Positions 1 through 15,117 of a DNA stretch of 64,000 nucleotides are shown in pieces; the first letter of the stretch is position 1, and every line of letters starts with the position of its first letter. A model generated the notes under the pieces. The model was not told where the DNA came from. It ran no database searches and saw only the letters and a program-made list of their open reading frames with translations. The position numbers were made by a program, and so were the translations under genes. This DNA comes from Tubiluchus corallicola (Eukaryota; Animalia; Priapulida): contig JAQGDQ010000118.1 of NCBI GenBank assembly GCA_030141605.1, positions 310,001 to 374,000 on the forward strand, given 5' to 3'.

Positions 1-1914
1 ATAACTGTTACATATGATGTCACACATTCAGTTTGTATTTTAAGCATTTTATTAGCTACTAAGTATAAATGCAAACTCATTGCAATATTTTTATGTGTTC
101 AGCTCATGAATATATTTCAACAATTTTTGCAAATATAAATTCATTGCACTATTTTTGTCAAAAAACACGTTGGCGCATGCGCAGTTTTAATTAATGAGTC
201 TATCTTTCATTCAACCGAATCTACCCGAAAGCATCAACATTTAAATAACGCTATTAGAGAACACAAGAAGTTAAGAAGTCTGCTTATATACTTGGCCAAA
301 ACTTGTGTGGAAGTATGACTTCGTCAAGAAAAGAAACTCACACACTAAAATGATGGGCAGGACAAAAATAACTAACATTTTTAAATAGGAAAATTAAAGG
401 TATGTGTACCATAGTTAGGCCTACTACAATGAAAAAAAACTGATTTAATTTCTCAAACGAGCAAAATTAAGCTTATATATATAAATAGGTAGATAAAATT
501 TATTTAATAATCGGATTACATAAAAATAATAAACACAAGCTGGGCCAGCTTTTACAACCGACAATATAGACCTACACTGATGTGGTTAAAATAAATAATT
601 TACGCACCATTAGACGTGTAACTTTTGAAATCAATTCTAAAACTATTCTAGCCCAGACCTTATAATTTTGATTTTTTTAAAAATTATCGGCTAGATCGGT
701 AAGCCAACAGGTCTCGTCAGAAGTGATATCGTTAAAGGCATCGTTGTACTAAAGTTCTATTACATCAGCGAACTAACTCCAATTATAGCCGTGCGTCACA
801 TCCACGTGATGTCTATTTTCTGTAACTTATCGCTTACTTTAAAGCAGCAGCATCGCACAATTCATAAACACTAATTTTTAAAGATCTACAACTCTAAACA
901 ATATATAAACTCAAATTTTTGTAGTAACCTCAAATTCCCCCTAAACTAAAAATTCTTTATTGTTTTCAGTTTGACTAAAAAGAGTTTATTTATTTAAACG
1001 CGACGTTACAGAAATTCCAGCTAAGATGTTACTGACACTAAACAGCAAACAATGTACAGAACAAATAAAAATAAAACCTTCCGGGGGGTTTAGGGCTCCA
1101 AAAGTAACCACGGCAACCAAAAAATAAACTTTTGGAAAGGTAATACTAAAAGTAACTGATTCTAACAAAGAGTGTTGAATATCCTCCAAACAGTTCATTG
1201 TATTGCGCTCGTTTAAGCTTGACTTGTAAGTATATCATGTGTTGCCACACATACCGTCGTAAGCCTTTGCCACATACCGTGTAAAATAAACTCGACTCGA
1301 AAGTAAACAAATAGCGAAAGCTGTCTTTTGATCTTGGCCAAGTTTGTTGTGCTGGTTAACGTATAGAGTTGGCTGTTACATTCCTCTGTGAACATGTTAT
1401 AGCAACGTCCTTGTTATTTAAGAAATTGTCTTCCCTTTCCAAACACTGTTCGAGTCTTAACACAAGCCGACTAATTGGAGCTGGCGGCGAAAGGAAGTCT
1501 GGTAAATCCGGCAGTTGCTACTAGTAGCTTGGTGGCGCTGTTGGTGCACCGGCAAAGGATGTTTTGAGACCATTTTAATCCAATATGAATAACTTGTATA
1601 AAAAGATATTATTTGACCAGATCATACATGTATACATGATGGAAACTAATCTCATGACAAAGGCCTTGGACCAGAAACGGTCTGATCATGGATCACAGTT
1701 ACTAGGTCAGAGACACCGCACGCCATGGAACACGAGGCAAAAAAGTCTCAATGCGTGCGGCACTCAGTAAGTGCCCTTTTTTCTCTAACGTTCTAGCCCC
1801 TTCAGAGTAACTATTTCTTATAAGGAACGGGATATAATTTTCCATTGAGAGAAATAATTATGAGTTCCAACAAATACCTTCGTTTTAACATTCAAAAACT
1901 TTTACCTCTGCTTT

Positions 1915-1998
1915 TTCGAGATAACAGCCATCTTCAAATCAAACTAAAATTAAGTATTCGAGATAACAGCCATCTTCAAAGCAAGCTAGAATTAAGTA
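1915..1998. repeat. 42-bp tandem duplication
   Basis: TTCGAGATAACAGCCATCTTCAAA..CAARCTARAATTAAGTA occurs at 1915-1956 and 1957-1998. Confidence 0.85.
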
Positions 1999-4900
1999 AA
2001 ATACGTAGTTTACATAAATGAATGGAAACACATAACAAAAATATGACAAATAAAAAACTACCTGCCATAGACGATCAGAATTGAAAATTTCTATTACTTA
2101 AATTTTAATTTCAAAAGTAGTAAGTAGTAATTAATTGAACAAATGATTCCTACTGCACATCCAACAAGCCTTAAAATTCTCATACATTTATAGGCCAAAC
2201 CAATGGATGAAAGCATGCTTACAGTAAATTCTGTCCAACTTTGTAAGCGCTAGTGAGAGAATCGTCGACAAAACTTGAAATTGATATGCAACGTCCATCT
2301 CCGTAAAGTAATTCAGAAAAAAAGCTTTATCTATCGTTCACAAAAGGACCACTGGGGTTAAGGTTCAATGGTTTGAGACTGCCGAGGTGCTTTCAGGAAG
2401 AAATGCCTGCTAGACCAACAATCTCATTTTTATAACGCAATATCGAGTTGTTCTTCGGTATCAGCTATCAACATCGAAGACCTACCTTAAAGTGTTTTCA
2501 GCCTTTGGATAGGTCTTGCTATTAACTTGATTTTTCTCATCATTGTAGCTGTAGCAGCAGCAGTAGTAGTAGTAGTAGTAGTAGCAATTATTTATTATAT
2601 AGAACGTTCTTACATCAGTAAAAATCATTAATATAACAATAAAATATTTGAAAATCCATCCATTTAGACTTGCAAGTCACTAATAGAATAACTACACTAT
2701 TATCATATGTGAAACTGTTTCTATTTGAATAATTATGTAGAATTTAAGAAGAAGACGATCACTCATATAATTTATTCTGACTTTTGTCCTAATTTTTTTT
2801 GTATAAATGTTGCCACTTCGCTTATTTTTTATTTTCTGTCATTATAAAAACAATTTCTGTTTGCGACAATCTTCCTTTATAATACAACATTTACCATATA
2901 GATAATTTCTATAATAGCACATTCTAGCGTTTAAGACAATTTGTTAAAACCTGGCAGTTTCTATGGGTAAAGGTAAAAATTGTACTATAATTGTGCTTAA
3001 CACACTCAATGAGACATTCCGTGATCCTAGACGTAATTATGCCCTTCGCACTCGCTTCATAGAACCACCCACATGGAGATAATTAACTGCTGATTGCCCA
3101 ACTATTTATGCACTTATGTGGTCTCTATATTTGTCTACTGGTCAAGCGGAAGCTGTGGTGGGGTTGTGAGATTAGACGTTAACCCTTTACACAAGAAGCC
3201 GTCAAAACAACAAAGTGCCGCCTGGCTTGTTGAGGAGGTTGATGGAAGGCGGGAAGATTTACAGTTTTACAAATTTTTCTACCTCAAGTGGACTGTTTAT
3301 ATTACAGTTTTGTTTAGTTATTTTACCACAAAAAACCATATAATTTTTTATAATAAAACAAATGCAAACTTAATTGTTAGTTACAGCAGCCTATTATAAT
3401 GGCTTTGAGCAAATTAAACAAATTAATGCAAATATTTTTGCAATAATTCACTATTATTATTTCTAGTGATTTGTTTCACCATACAATTAGAGTTCTAAAG
3501 GAATGAAACGTAAAGTATCAGAAAGCGATTACGATTATCCCAGTACTTATGAAAACGATTGAAGTGATTTCCGAATAGGTCATAAATTTCTAAGCACCCA
3601 TGGTTACAATTAAGAGCAGGCTGCACTTGTTCTATTATTAACCAAGCCAATTTGTATATTAGCTACAGAGTTTCAATAAACTTCAAAGGCTTGGCGCAAT
3701 ATGTATGTATTATTACAACTTCTTTTGGCTTCTGTAAGTGTGTAATTAAATTGATATTTCATGGCTGTTATACGCCGTATTAATATTGTCAATATTATTC
3801 ACCGTGAAAGTATACTCTGGTACTGGAACGAAATTATATAATTATAAAACAAATATAAACCAATATAAAGCGCAGTTCTTTGTCATAAAGTTGTACAAAT
3901 GTATTTTTAAATACAATTTTGTAATAATTAATGATACTAGTGCACAGTATTTTTTGCAAACATTTATAGGCCTATTCATTATGCAATATATACACGGTCT
4001 GCATTATATCCTATATGCTGTACAGGCCTCTTAGGATTACATATACAAGAATTAACCACTGCTCATACTAATTTACACGCACGTTCGTCAATAAAATTAA
4101 TAAGCACGGAAGGTTACAGTCGAAACTTGAGATTAAGCAAATTAAAATAAGCTTCACTTTTATGTTAATGTACACAGAACAAGCCAATAGGCTTTTTTAA
4201 TGTTCACTCCAATATGAAATTATGAATTTTTTTATAATATTTTATCCACTTCTATATAAATTTTCGTGTTTAAATAAATATTTTTTTATTCCCTCCCACT
4301 CAGTTATGCAAAAAATGCTCGCAAAAAACACAACGTATATATGTTAAAAAGATATAGATTTTAATTTTTTAGGTTATTGCATTCTTTTTTTACTTGAAAG
4401 TGGAGATGAAGATATATTGACCTAGCACATTGACATAGCTTTGCAACTTGGAATTTGTAATGAATTTTCTCAAAATTAAATCGGATTGTATATTATACAC
4501 GTATATTAATATAAAACCAATTCATCCTGTCTGATTTAAATGGCTGTACAGCTCACATATGTTACATTAAGATATTATAATTATATCTCCACTACTGAAG
4601 TAAATTTATTTCTTCAATATACACGTAAAAAATTCATATTATTGGTATTGAGAATTGAAAATATAATTATATGTTTTGCTGTTTATGCCTATATTTTGTA
4701 ATATATTCAAGTATAAGATGAAATGCTGCGTTACTATTAGTTAAGTCTACGCTCAAGCATTTTATTGTTTTAGTCATTAGTTAGTTTTTTATAAGACTTT
4801 AGGCTATTAACTGACGAATGACAGTAATTTAATAGCCTAAATGCGTGCACAACCTTACGAATATATATGACTATGAGAGATATGTGCATTTTAAGTCAAA

Positions 4901-7900
4901 AGCTTTGAAATAATAAATCTCTTTAAATATTAAGAAACTGCCATATCTGAATGTCTTTAAGACATTATGCACAATACCAAAATTTCCACGTCGGCAATAT
5001 CAAAAGATATTTAAAACCATTTTGTCGGCAGTTTTTTCAACAGAAACGTGTTACTTTGGGCTGTCTGCTTTCTGTCATTCGGGCTATAAGGCTGTAGCTA
5101 GGCCTAGCTTTCCATACCACACTCAGCTTAAATGTTACTAACTCTAGATTCAGAAAGTAAACAATTTTAACTCCTCCTGCAATTACCCGATGACACAACA
5201 TTCTTTTTACTAGTTAAAATTATTTTGACCGACAGGTGTAGCAGAGACATTGCCATCTACAAGCAAAAATGTGAAAATGTAGCAGTGCGCATTTTGTGGA
5301 TCCGCAGCGTTTTGCGGGGAATTTGAGGGATTAATTTCTTTGCTTAGGTTCTGGAGCCAGAGTGAAATTTATCCCCTGTCTGTTACAACCCGGTTGTGCT
5401 TTCTCACACGTTTGTAGAGAGCAAAGTGCCAAAAAACGGCAGCGGTTTATTATAAACACGTGGATTCAAAAGTCCTCCTCCCACCACACTGGCAAGACTT
5501 AATATATCAGGCGCATCCTTCTGCCGCATCCAGCAGCATGGAGAAAAAGAACTGAATGCACAACAATATCGTCGAGAGTGAGTGAAAGTATCGTCGTAAG
5601 TGAAACAATTTACTATTCAAATGACATTTTCTTGTCCTTAGAACAATTACAGCAGACTCATGCTGATTATTTCAAACAAATGTGCTTAAAAATTCTTTAA
5701 CTAAAAGATACAGTTATGCAAACAATGTTAAAAAGAGACAGTTATGCCGACAATATCACCTACTTTTTGTGCCAGTACTTTTTCAAATATGTTTTAAAAC
5801 TGTGGAAATATGAAAAAAAAGTTTATAATTTTAGGTTAGGTGCAATAGAAGTGCAATGCGATAAAAATGGAACAGAGATATTGCCATGAAAAAACGTCCC
5901 ATGAGATTCTTCTATATAGCACATAGCAAACTGCTCTACGCACTTGAAACTTTTTTCAAATTTCGATAACAAGCAAATTGTCTTACAAATAGATTTTCTG
6001 ACTACTGCCCACTCAACAAATTTAGTCTAAATCAGATGCGGCACATCAATTATGCTATCCCTTCAGGCTTCTGTCGTGTCTTCCCCACAAACGGGGGCCG
6101 CTTCTTCCACCAAACAACAATAATTCATCATCTTACAGCTTTAAAGAAAGGCCGCTCTGCACGATATGTGGGGCATATTTTCATTATCACGTTTCTAGCT
6201 ACGCTTTATTAGAATATCATTTCTATTTTTCAGCAATTTGCTCCCCAGTGGCGGCAAGCCCGTCTCGTAACTGTATCCGAATTTGGCCTAGATGAAAAGA
6301 GCCGCCGCTACTGTTTGTTTAAAGCCCTGCACTGTGTCGTGGTATCATGTACTCGTTAGGGGCGCTAGAAGCGGCGCGTCTGCGGGAGATTTAGCACCGC
6401 ACTTGTTATAACTGTTATTCGGAAGGAAATTCATCAACCACGCTAGAAAGAAAGCTCTTGTAGACCTACTGGATGATTACCGTTAATTTGAAACCTTTAT
6501 TCTCTGTCTATCAGGACATGTTTTGAAACATTATTTTTAAAGCTGTCATTTAACAATATGATGCAATAAGAACTATGATGGTATGAAATTATCACACAAT
6601 ATACCCATAACCTGGATGCCAGATTTTAGAAAAAATCCTATCTCCATTAAACGCGATACAATCATATTAAATATGAGTATCCTACAGTGTACCTACACAA
6701 TAACTCCAATAACATGGCCATCCCTATATTTTATTACAGTGATCTGATAAATAAATATATATTTATAAAATATATAAAAATAAATATGTATATATCAATA
6801 TATTATGGTGCCACCATATTCAATGTAACTGTTGATTTTCGAGAAGACATGAAATAACTTTTACATGAGCAGTTTTTCTGACACTTGTGGGTTAAGATAG
6901 TTCTTGTCAGTCCTCCTGCCGTAATTTGTTGCAGTGATAAATTTTATGGCACTTTGCGACTACCGTATTTTATATAGGTGCAACAAAAACTGGAATCTTG
7001 ACTTCTTGACTTCATAAGTTGCACTTGGCTGTATCGACTTGTGATAAACAAGGTCGTAAACAATCAGTATAATGAGAAATCGGTCGTTAAAGTAACACAT
7101 TTCGACTTTAAGGGGGGCCGAGGTTACAAGAACCATATTATTGCCTTGTCTGGAAGGATGTGTGTAAAACAGGCGATAAAATAAGACTCGTCTTTTGGAT
7201 CGAGTTACAAGTCAGTGCCCATGTCTTTCCTCTTTACGATTCAGTTGAAGGGGTTAAACACTTTCAAGACAGTGATTCAGGCCGTACAACTATTTCCATT
7301 AAAAAAAGTTAGTATTTATTTGCTTTATTCTATGTTGGCTGACCGAATAGAACTGAAATTATAAAATTTACTTCTCTGATATTAAGAATTAAATTTGTTA
7401 TTAATTTTGGGACGTATTGTTCACTAACATCGCGTACTAACGTATGTAATGTGTTACATAATATCTTCCAAAACCAGACAAATACAATCAGTATTAAATA
7501 AATGAAACTGTGAGAAACCTAAAATGTTTAATTTTATTTTTCTACAAATTTTCGTTAGCTTACTCTTCTTCTCCTTTTTCCTCTTTTTCATGTATTAACT
7601 TGTTTTATACTTTTAAGGTGGTCAAGTGGATGTGAATTCATCATCATTCTAAACTCAAAAAATTTTACAAGCACTGCTGCTAACACAAAGTGATAAGGAA
7701 GAAATTTCAATAGAATTCTTCAATTAATTATAACGCGAAATTCCATTTCTTTGGGCATCTTCACCTTCTTACCACAGCCCCCCATCCTTGGTAGGCTTTG
7801 TTCGGGCGATTTGTATGAAAAAATAAACGAAAAATAAATGCACTACGTGAAAAATGTGTCATTTGTAAAGACTTAAAGCTATTTACTTTATAGAAGAGCG

Positions 7901-8591
7901 GTTCGAAGACAAAATGGTTAGGCTATCAATACCTATTTTTGTACTAGGCTTACACATCTTTCTTTTTAACTTTGACAAACAGGCCTGACAGCACAGGGTC
8001 TGATTGCTCGTAGTTTGATTGAAGGTTTCGTTCATTGAAAACATGGGGCCTGTATTAGCGAAGGCGCAAAGTATTAATACGCCGGATGAGTGATTGGTTT
8101 CATCAGGCGGGGAAGCCACGGCGCCGATTTATTTGACGCCAAACACCGCCTAGAGCAGTCAAGCCGCTCGCATAGGTGCTTACACACATCCTTTTCTGCA
8201 GTATTAGTTACATCCATGAGATTTTCAATGTTTATGTTTCTTTGTAACATAGATAAGAGAGATATCAGCAAAGTGGGCTTGTTTTCTGCGAAGTGTTTCA
8301 TGCTAGAACATCCGAGTTTACAATTTTACCCCACTTATAAAAGCGATATTTAACCATAAGTTGCCGCCCGTCTGCATCAGAAACTAACCATTTATAATCA
8401 ATAATTTGTATCTACAGCACATTTTAAAATAAGTTAGGTATTCATGTACACCGAATTATACTATTTTTCTGCGTGTCCTCGGATCTATTCTTAAATATAT
8501 TTCTTGCACTCATAAATTTGTGTGCCAGGATGAGACATAAGTATAGGTCAAAACGTGATGCAAACGTGTAATACTTTCAGCGAAGTTCCAA

Positions 8592-8946
8592 ATGATGATG
8601 ATGATGATGATGACAACTACTACGATAATGATGAATGATGATGATGATGGTAGTGATGATGAGATGAAGTGGTGGAGGTGGTAGTGACAATGACAACAAA
8701 GACGATGATGATGATAGTGGTGATGAAGATGATGACAATGATAACAACAACGATGGTGTGATGGCAATGATGGCAATGATGACGAGAATAATGACGACGA
8801 GGATGATGCGCATGATAAATTGTTGATGACAATGACAATGATGACGGCAGTGATAAATAATAATGGCGCTGCTGTTGCTGCTACCGCCGCTGCTGCTACC
8901 AGAAGTTAATGACAGTGGGCCTAGTGACGATGATGAAGATAACAAT
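8592..8946. repeat. Degenerate (GAT/GAC/AAT)n trinucleotide repeat
   Basis: Directly visible; it explains the His/Ile/Ser-rich ORFs. Confidence 0.9.
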
Positions 8947-11168
8947 GAAGGTGAAATAAATGTGGGTAAAAGTATTATTGGCTAATATTTCTTAGTAACC
9001 TTTATAAATCGCTTAATTTTTTTTTCTCGCAAATAACAACGTAAAACAGCGCCAGTTTTTGTTTTACAAATGGATACGATGCTAATCATGTAATATCTAG
9101 TGTTTGGAACAGCCAATGGTGAGAGCTGGTACATAACATAAGTAAATATAACAGCCACATTATACGGTTACATTACATTACATTCTGATGGGAAATAATG
9201 CATGTGTACAACTGAAGCGAAAAAATTGGTCAAACTGCTGGGCGTGGAGTACATGATTCGAAGATAATTATTATTAATGATATCATACCACAGGTGAGAC
9301 AAAATAACAAAATAACACGTTGAAATTACATGGTGTGAAAGTAAAAATACACTCCTCCTTCGCTTGATGTGCAAGAATAACATCAGGAATTTTCACCTGC
9401 AATCTGCAATAATAATTTATTATTTACCTGCCTGGGATATCTTTAATAGATTTATGGCAGAAACTCGTACGAACGACACGGGCTGTAGCCAGCGGCGTAT
9501 TCAGAAATGAAAGACTGTGCGGGTTTGTTACAAACACAATCATATAAGGAGTACAACCTTTGAATTTGACGTTAGACACTGTAAGATGTTTTTACAGGGC
9601 TATGAAACTTGCAGGTAAACTATCATAAAGTGGTTGGAACCTGCATGTCATACAATTCCACCTGACAGAATGACCTTCAGGAATTGATTAAGTGTATTGA
9701 AAATACACAAAGTAGGCATTGCGTGTGTCAGGCAGAGGTTGTAAACGAAGCCATTGTCTTTCTCATAATGGGCGGTTTGGCTTCACTATAAAACAGCCAC
9801 AATAGAGTATGATACCGTTTGCTCTATACGGTTGATTAATAGTATTACTTATTTATCTCAGCGAAAATTTCGGTATATATGTAAAAAACAACAAACCTAG
9901 TACATCCATTTTCATCTGGATTACAATGTGGCTTATGCAACGAAATTTTATTAATTACTAGGTAGTTACTTAATTATACTGGGTGCAGACTCGGTATATT
10001 TTAACAGTTTTGAATTTGTGCAACAAGTATTAATATATATATGTATGTGCAACATATTATTTATTAATACATATATTATAAATTTATATATAATATTACT
10101 AATTGTTTATAAGCGTAAGTTCAAATTCATCAGTTAAAGATGGAACAAACAGACGTATTAGATGTTTGAAATCAGACTTGAACAAAAATGTAAAAAATCG
10201 AGACTACATTTGAACCAGGGACTGTTAAACCAGAAGATCAACAACATGACCAGTAGCCGACATTCTCTTGAAATTCAGAGATGAAATTTACCAACGCGTT
10301 ATTAACTTGCTAAACAATATATTCGTCAGGTGACTAATTTATTTAATTCAATTCAATTCAGCACTTTAAAACAGAAAATTAAAATTACTGAAATTACAAT
10401 AAAACAGAGCATACAACTAAAACACACATACAACAGGACATGCTATTTACATAGTTACATACAAAATACAATGCACATAACTGATGAGACGTTAACCGCA
10501 AGAGTTAAAGAAATTACCATGTAGAAATTAAAATAATAATTATTGGTTAATGATGAAATAATTAACCAAAAAACAGAGATATTCACGCTTACAGCTTTAA
10601 GTTAAAAGTGCAATTAAATTTATGGCTATAAAATCAAGGTTACAACCGACGAGTGTAAAGCTGACATTTATTAATATCTCATCTGCCAAAAGTAACCGGA
10701 AACCAGAAAACCGTCAGACCACAGTTCTGTTCCCCACGCATTTTATTTTTCCTGACATATGAGACAAATTTTAGCACCCAATACCCAATTAACAAGTCCG
10801 TGACGCTGCAAATTAATGTCTCCAAACACCTGTCAGAGCTAGACTGCAAAGACACACCGACAAACCAGAAACGCCTCCCCTTTTCTACTGCCCGCATAAT
10901 CCTAATAGTAATGGTAGGCAGAATTACAGCAATTGACTCTGCTGTGCACGCGGTCTCCCCCCTCAAGATTCGTGGGCGTTGAAAAGGGGTCAGGTAAGAG
11001 GGCCCAGTGAGCTTTTGGTAACAGTAATTACAGCTGTACTCAGTGTGACAAAAAGGCATGTACATTTGTACTTTGTGAGAGACTCGCAAGCCACAGTAAT
11101 GGTAGCTCCCGTAAAAGGCCGGTTGCTGTATAGATACTATATCGCAATTTTTGCCCAAAAGTTTTCAA

Positions 11169-11190
11169 TAGGGTTAGGGTTAGGGTAGGG
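11169..11190 (+). repeat. Short interstitial (TTAGGG)n tract
   Basis: TAGGGTTAGGGTTAGGGTAGGG. Confidence 0.8.
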
Positions 11191-12004
11191 TATATAAATT
11201 AAGGTAATATGGTGCGGGGAATTGCAAACTCCTTCTCATTTTTTACATATTGAAAATCTATAATATGGGACATAGGCTTATTGATACAGCTCAGACACAC
11301 GCAGAAATATTTCGGTTTTTGACCAGCCAGTAGACGCTAGACATCAGACAAGTGTAAATGAATATCAGAATAATTAATTACTGTAAATAACATGGACACA
11401 AGTCGTCACACATTACACATGCAAGATAAAGTATGTTTATATGTACTATCTGCGCACACTGTTCAGGTTGTAACTGTGGTCAGTTTAAAATACCGTGTAT
11501 TTATGAAACTGACTTGATAATGCAGTTATAGTTAACAGCTCAAGACTGTTCACAACGTTACAACGTTGCGTAATTAGTTTTATTAGCTAGTACAACTTTA
11601 CACCAGCTCCTCGATGATGTCAGCTATAATTAAATAAACTAATACACGAAAATACTAGGTTCGAAACCGAAACCTTTTGCAAAATGTTCACATTTTCTAA
11701 CGTCTATTTGGTTCGACTAAGCATGGTCGATTTCTTATGCTCAGTGAAATAATCAGTCAATAAAAATCACGTGGAGTTAATCAATTGTAAGATATAAGAA
11801 CAAGAATTTAGACATCTGTTGATCATTCAGTTCATGTCACAGCAAAACCTCAGGTTATTGAGGATATAACCAGGTTTGACGACTTTTAATGTTACTTCAT
11901 TTGTAAAGTTTATTAAATATATTCTTGAAGTTTCAGTATTTCTTCTTTGTCAAGGTCTCATTTTACTGTTGGATTATTAACGTTGGAGGTATTAACATTA
12001 TTGT

Positions 12005-12395
12005 GTTAGAGTATTCCACCTACTCCTATCTGCAGCTTACAGCGTAAGTTCTACTACTAAAGCTAGATTTGATTGAAGTTGTTGAACATCAATATTTATC
12101 TTAGCTATCCAAATTGTTTTTGGTTTGCCAGGTGGTTTTAAGGCTTTCTTTAAGGCGACTCTTACTGATGTTTCACTTGGTAATCTTAGAAAGTGTCCTA
12201 GCCATCGTAATCGTCGGAACTTGAATTTTGAACTTCAAAGAACTTCTTTCTTCTAGTGTATAAATTTTCATTTTTGATTATGTAAGGCCATCTTATCTTT
12301 AAAACTTTTTAGAAGACCTATTAAACGTGTCGATCTGCTTTTCTAGAGTAATCGTTTTCAAGTATTTAAGCTAACAATTTTATTTATAAAAAAAT
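12005..12395 (-). mobile_element. RTE-clade non-LTR retrotransposon remnant (C-terminal end of the RT ORF, frameshifted)
   Basis: Manual translation gives LEKQIDTFNR, KIRWPYIIKNENLYTR, RRLRWLGHFLRLPSETSVRVAL, GKPKTIW and AADRSRW. These are the typical RTE C-terminal motifs (RRLRWxGHxxR, GRPxxxW, AxDRxxW). Confidence 0.85.
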
Positions 12396-13139
12396 GTGTG
12401 ATCATGATTGTGGACACTTTCATCATCTCCCCGAAGTGTTTGCAGCAAGTGCAGTGCAGGAATAGTGGCTTAGCCCAGAAAAGTACTGGTTTTGATCATT
12501 ACTCGTGTGGGTGTTAGCAAGCAACTTGGCCTGTTTTATGCAAAAGGACTACAAAAAGGACTAACAGAAAGGACTACTCTGTGTCCAGAAGTGTCTTTCT
12601 AACCTCATGTACTGTTAGACCAGGTCATCCCGGACAGAATATTAGTTCAGTATAAATTTCTCTGGGGGTGTTCCAGTACTGTAGAACTTAGACACTTCTT
12701 GCTCTGTTTAATAAAAGCTGGCTCCTACTTCGACTACCAGTAGACTCATGTAGCCCCGTCTTTGACAACTTGACTTCAAAAAGTAGCCAGTCAAAAAATT
12801 AAATGCGCGTTAAAATTTCAAAGAAATTGTTGTTATAGTACTTACGATTTTCATTGAAATTTCGCAACTTTTGCATGTTGTGCTGGTTTTAACAAGGTGT
12901 TTATATTCAAAAACATTACTGTTCATTAAAAACAACGTATTATTTAATATAGAGGCTGTAAGACCATACGTACTATCTATGCAGATAACAACAAATCAAG
13001 TTAACACTATACAGGTATAAGCGTACAATATATAAGTATATACACATTTACATTTCTAGCTATTATCAGCTTTCTGACGCAGACTAAGCCACGTTCAAAT
13101 AACTAAGCGAATATTGATAACACAAATATATATTGACAG

Positions 13140-13141
<2 letters not shown>

Positions 13142-13170
<29 letters not shown>
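13142..13170. repeat. (TA)n microsatellite
   Basis: Directly visible. Confidence 0.95.
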
Positions 13171-15079
13171 CGTATAGCCATATTGTTTAATAACCATATC
13201 AATTTTGCATTATGCTATTTATGGAAGTACTTATTTGGGAACCATGATAAAACGGCTTTATAAAACTAACAGCACTTTTGTTCAAGCAATTGTTCCTATT
13301 TTGTAGGCAACTCAGAAGAAATAGACCAAGTGTGGCTTTCTAAAATGTTGCTAAATATTGCTATTAAAATTATTTTTTGGTCAAAACCTTTCATAACGTT
13401 GACTGTGTGGCTCAAGCCAGAGGCTATCGCTTTGTGCTAGTTATTGCAGTACTATAAAATTAGAAAAATAAAAGCGTGCAGCCGTAATGGGAAAATTGCA
13501 CCAAAAGTGTGCAAACCATATAATTGAAATGAATACTCAATAAAATGCGCTGATGCACTCGCTCTCGTCTTTCCACGTAAAGTGGTTTTATAGGAAAAGA
13601 GAATGACCTCCGGCAGGGTTTACCGCCTGTCAAGTTAAGGTCCTTACAAAAAAATCCGGAAGTGACGTCATTATGTTCCTCAATTCGTATCAAATTTTGC
13701 CGTATAAATTTGACTGTAGTTTTGTAATAGGTAATCTAAATTCATCACAGACGAGAATACAAAATCGTGAACTAGTCCGGAATGCGAAGCATTGGGTTAC
13801 TCGACTATTGTTTTTTTAGCCCAACTGCCTGGGACTAAGTCATTTAGAACGCCATTCATTGTTGTCATGAATCCGACTAGTGAATCTGACATTTAGAAAG
13901 ACGTTTATCGTTGTTACAAAAATCGTTTTATCGCAAAAAAATATAATACAGAATAATTGTGGCATCACAATAAAAAATTGACTGAAAACTTGTTACATAA
14001 ACAACGAAAAAGAGAACAACATCACTGTGAAATAGACTGCTTAACAGAATAACTTCGTAAGTGATTAACCCAAAAATAAGACATATTCCTAAATCATCAT
14101 TACTATTTATTTATCATTATTTATTTATTTACTTATTTATATTTTGCACTGCGTACATTTTAAACCAAGTTAACTTACACATTTTTAAAAAGTTTCCTTT
14201 GGCAGTAGTCTTTGTAAATTGTACAATAAAAATACACAATAATCGATGTTGATATTTTCTATTTTATGTAGAACTTCAAATTTGGTACAAAATGTCGTGT
14301 ATAGGTTGTAGCGTTTTGTTCAAAGTTTTCCCGTTTCCTTTGAAGACATATTGTAACACAGAGTAACAAGCATAGGCTACTGCATAATTAGTTTGTCTAA
14401 ACTGCCGGTAATGAGTTAATGCTAATTAAAGGATTACGGGTGTTAATTAAGTACAGCTCAAACAGACTGGAAACGGTTGCAGATGCTACACTTTTACATC
14501 TCTCTTGCTCTAGAACAATAGGATAGAGACACTTGTGCAGCACCTGTCTGTTGTTGTTAGGTAATAATTACAGGTGCATATAGACAGGTAAGCAGTATAC
14601 AGTAACTAAACACTTTAGATGCTTTTGTCAGTTCTCAAGCTTTCCAGTCTCATTTAGACATAAGAAAGAGCAAAAAAGCTTTTGTATTGCAGTAGTATAA
14701 TTTTATGCTTGAGATAATTTTATGCAAATTGTAACTTGTAAATTCAAAATTAATGATTATTGTATATATTGTATACAAGGCTAGCTAATAAGATTTTATA
14801 TGCAAGTTATATGCGAGTTATATGCAAGTTTGACGTTGAAGTTTATCGGTGTAAAGAAAATTCTGTGCAAGATTCCTTCAGAGCACAAAAATTCAAGAAA
14901 AATTTGTATAGAATGTGACAATGTGTAAATTCGACCTTAGTTACCAAGTGCTATACAAGATTTAACATTTCTGTTTTTACAAGAAACGCAAATTTAATTA
15001 AAATGATATTGCACACATTGTAATAAAGTTAACTAAAAAGGACTAAAGTTTAAAATTCCCCACACACAAGTGAAACAGA

Positions 15080-15117
15080 TTAAGGTTAGGGTTAGAATTA
15101 GGGTTAGGGTTAGGGGG
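15080..15117 (+). repeat. Short interstitial (TTAGGG)n tract
   Basis: TTAAGGTTAGGGTTAGAATTAGGGTTAGGGTTAGGGGG. Confidence 0.8.

Noticed and set aside
700-722. Minus-strand CTGACGAG, and CTGATGAG at 10481, as hammerhead cores
   Set aside because: No correctly placed stem II plus GAAA and no stem I.
1652-1685. TCATGACAAAGGCCTTGGACCAGAAACGGTCTGA as a hammerhead
   Set aside because: It needs several edits (missing core base, broken stem II, insertion before GAAA) and has no inverted partner.
8510-8945. His/Ser-rich ORFs
   Set aside because: Degenerate trinucleotide repeat with no domain or splice support.
10679-11158. 159-aa ORF
   Set aside because: Non-ATG start and no recognisable domain. 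Better explained as a GC-richer non-coding island rich in TAAT motifs.
11169-15117. True telomere or chromosome fusion site
   Set aside because: Tracts are only 4-6 units long, in the same orientation, with no head-to-head junction.
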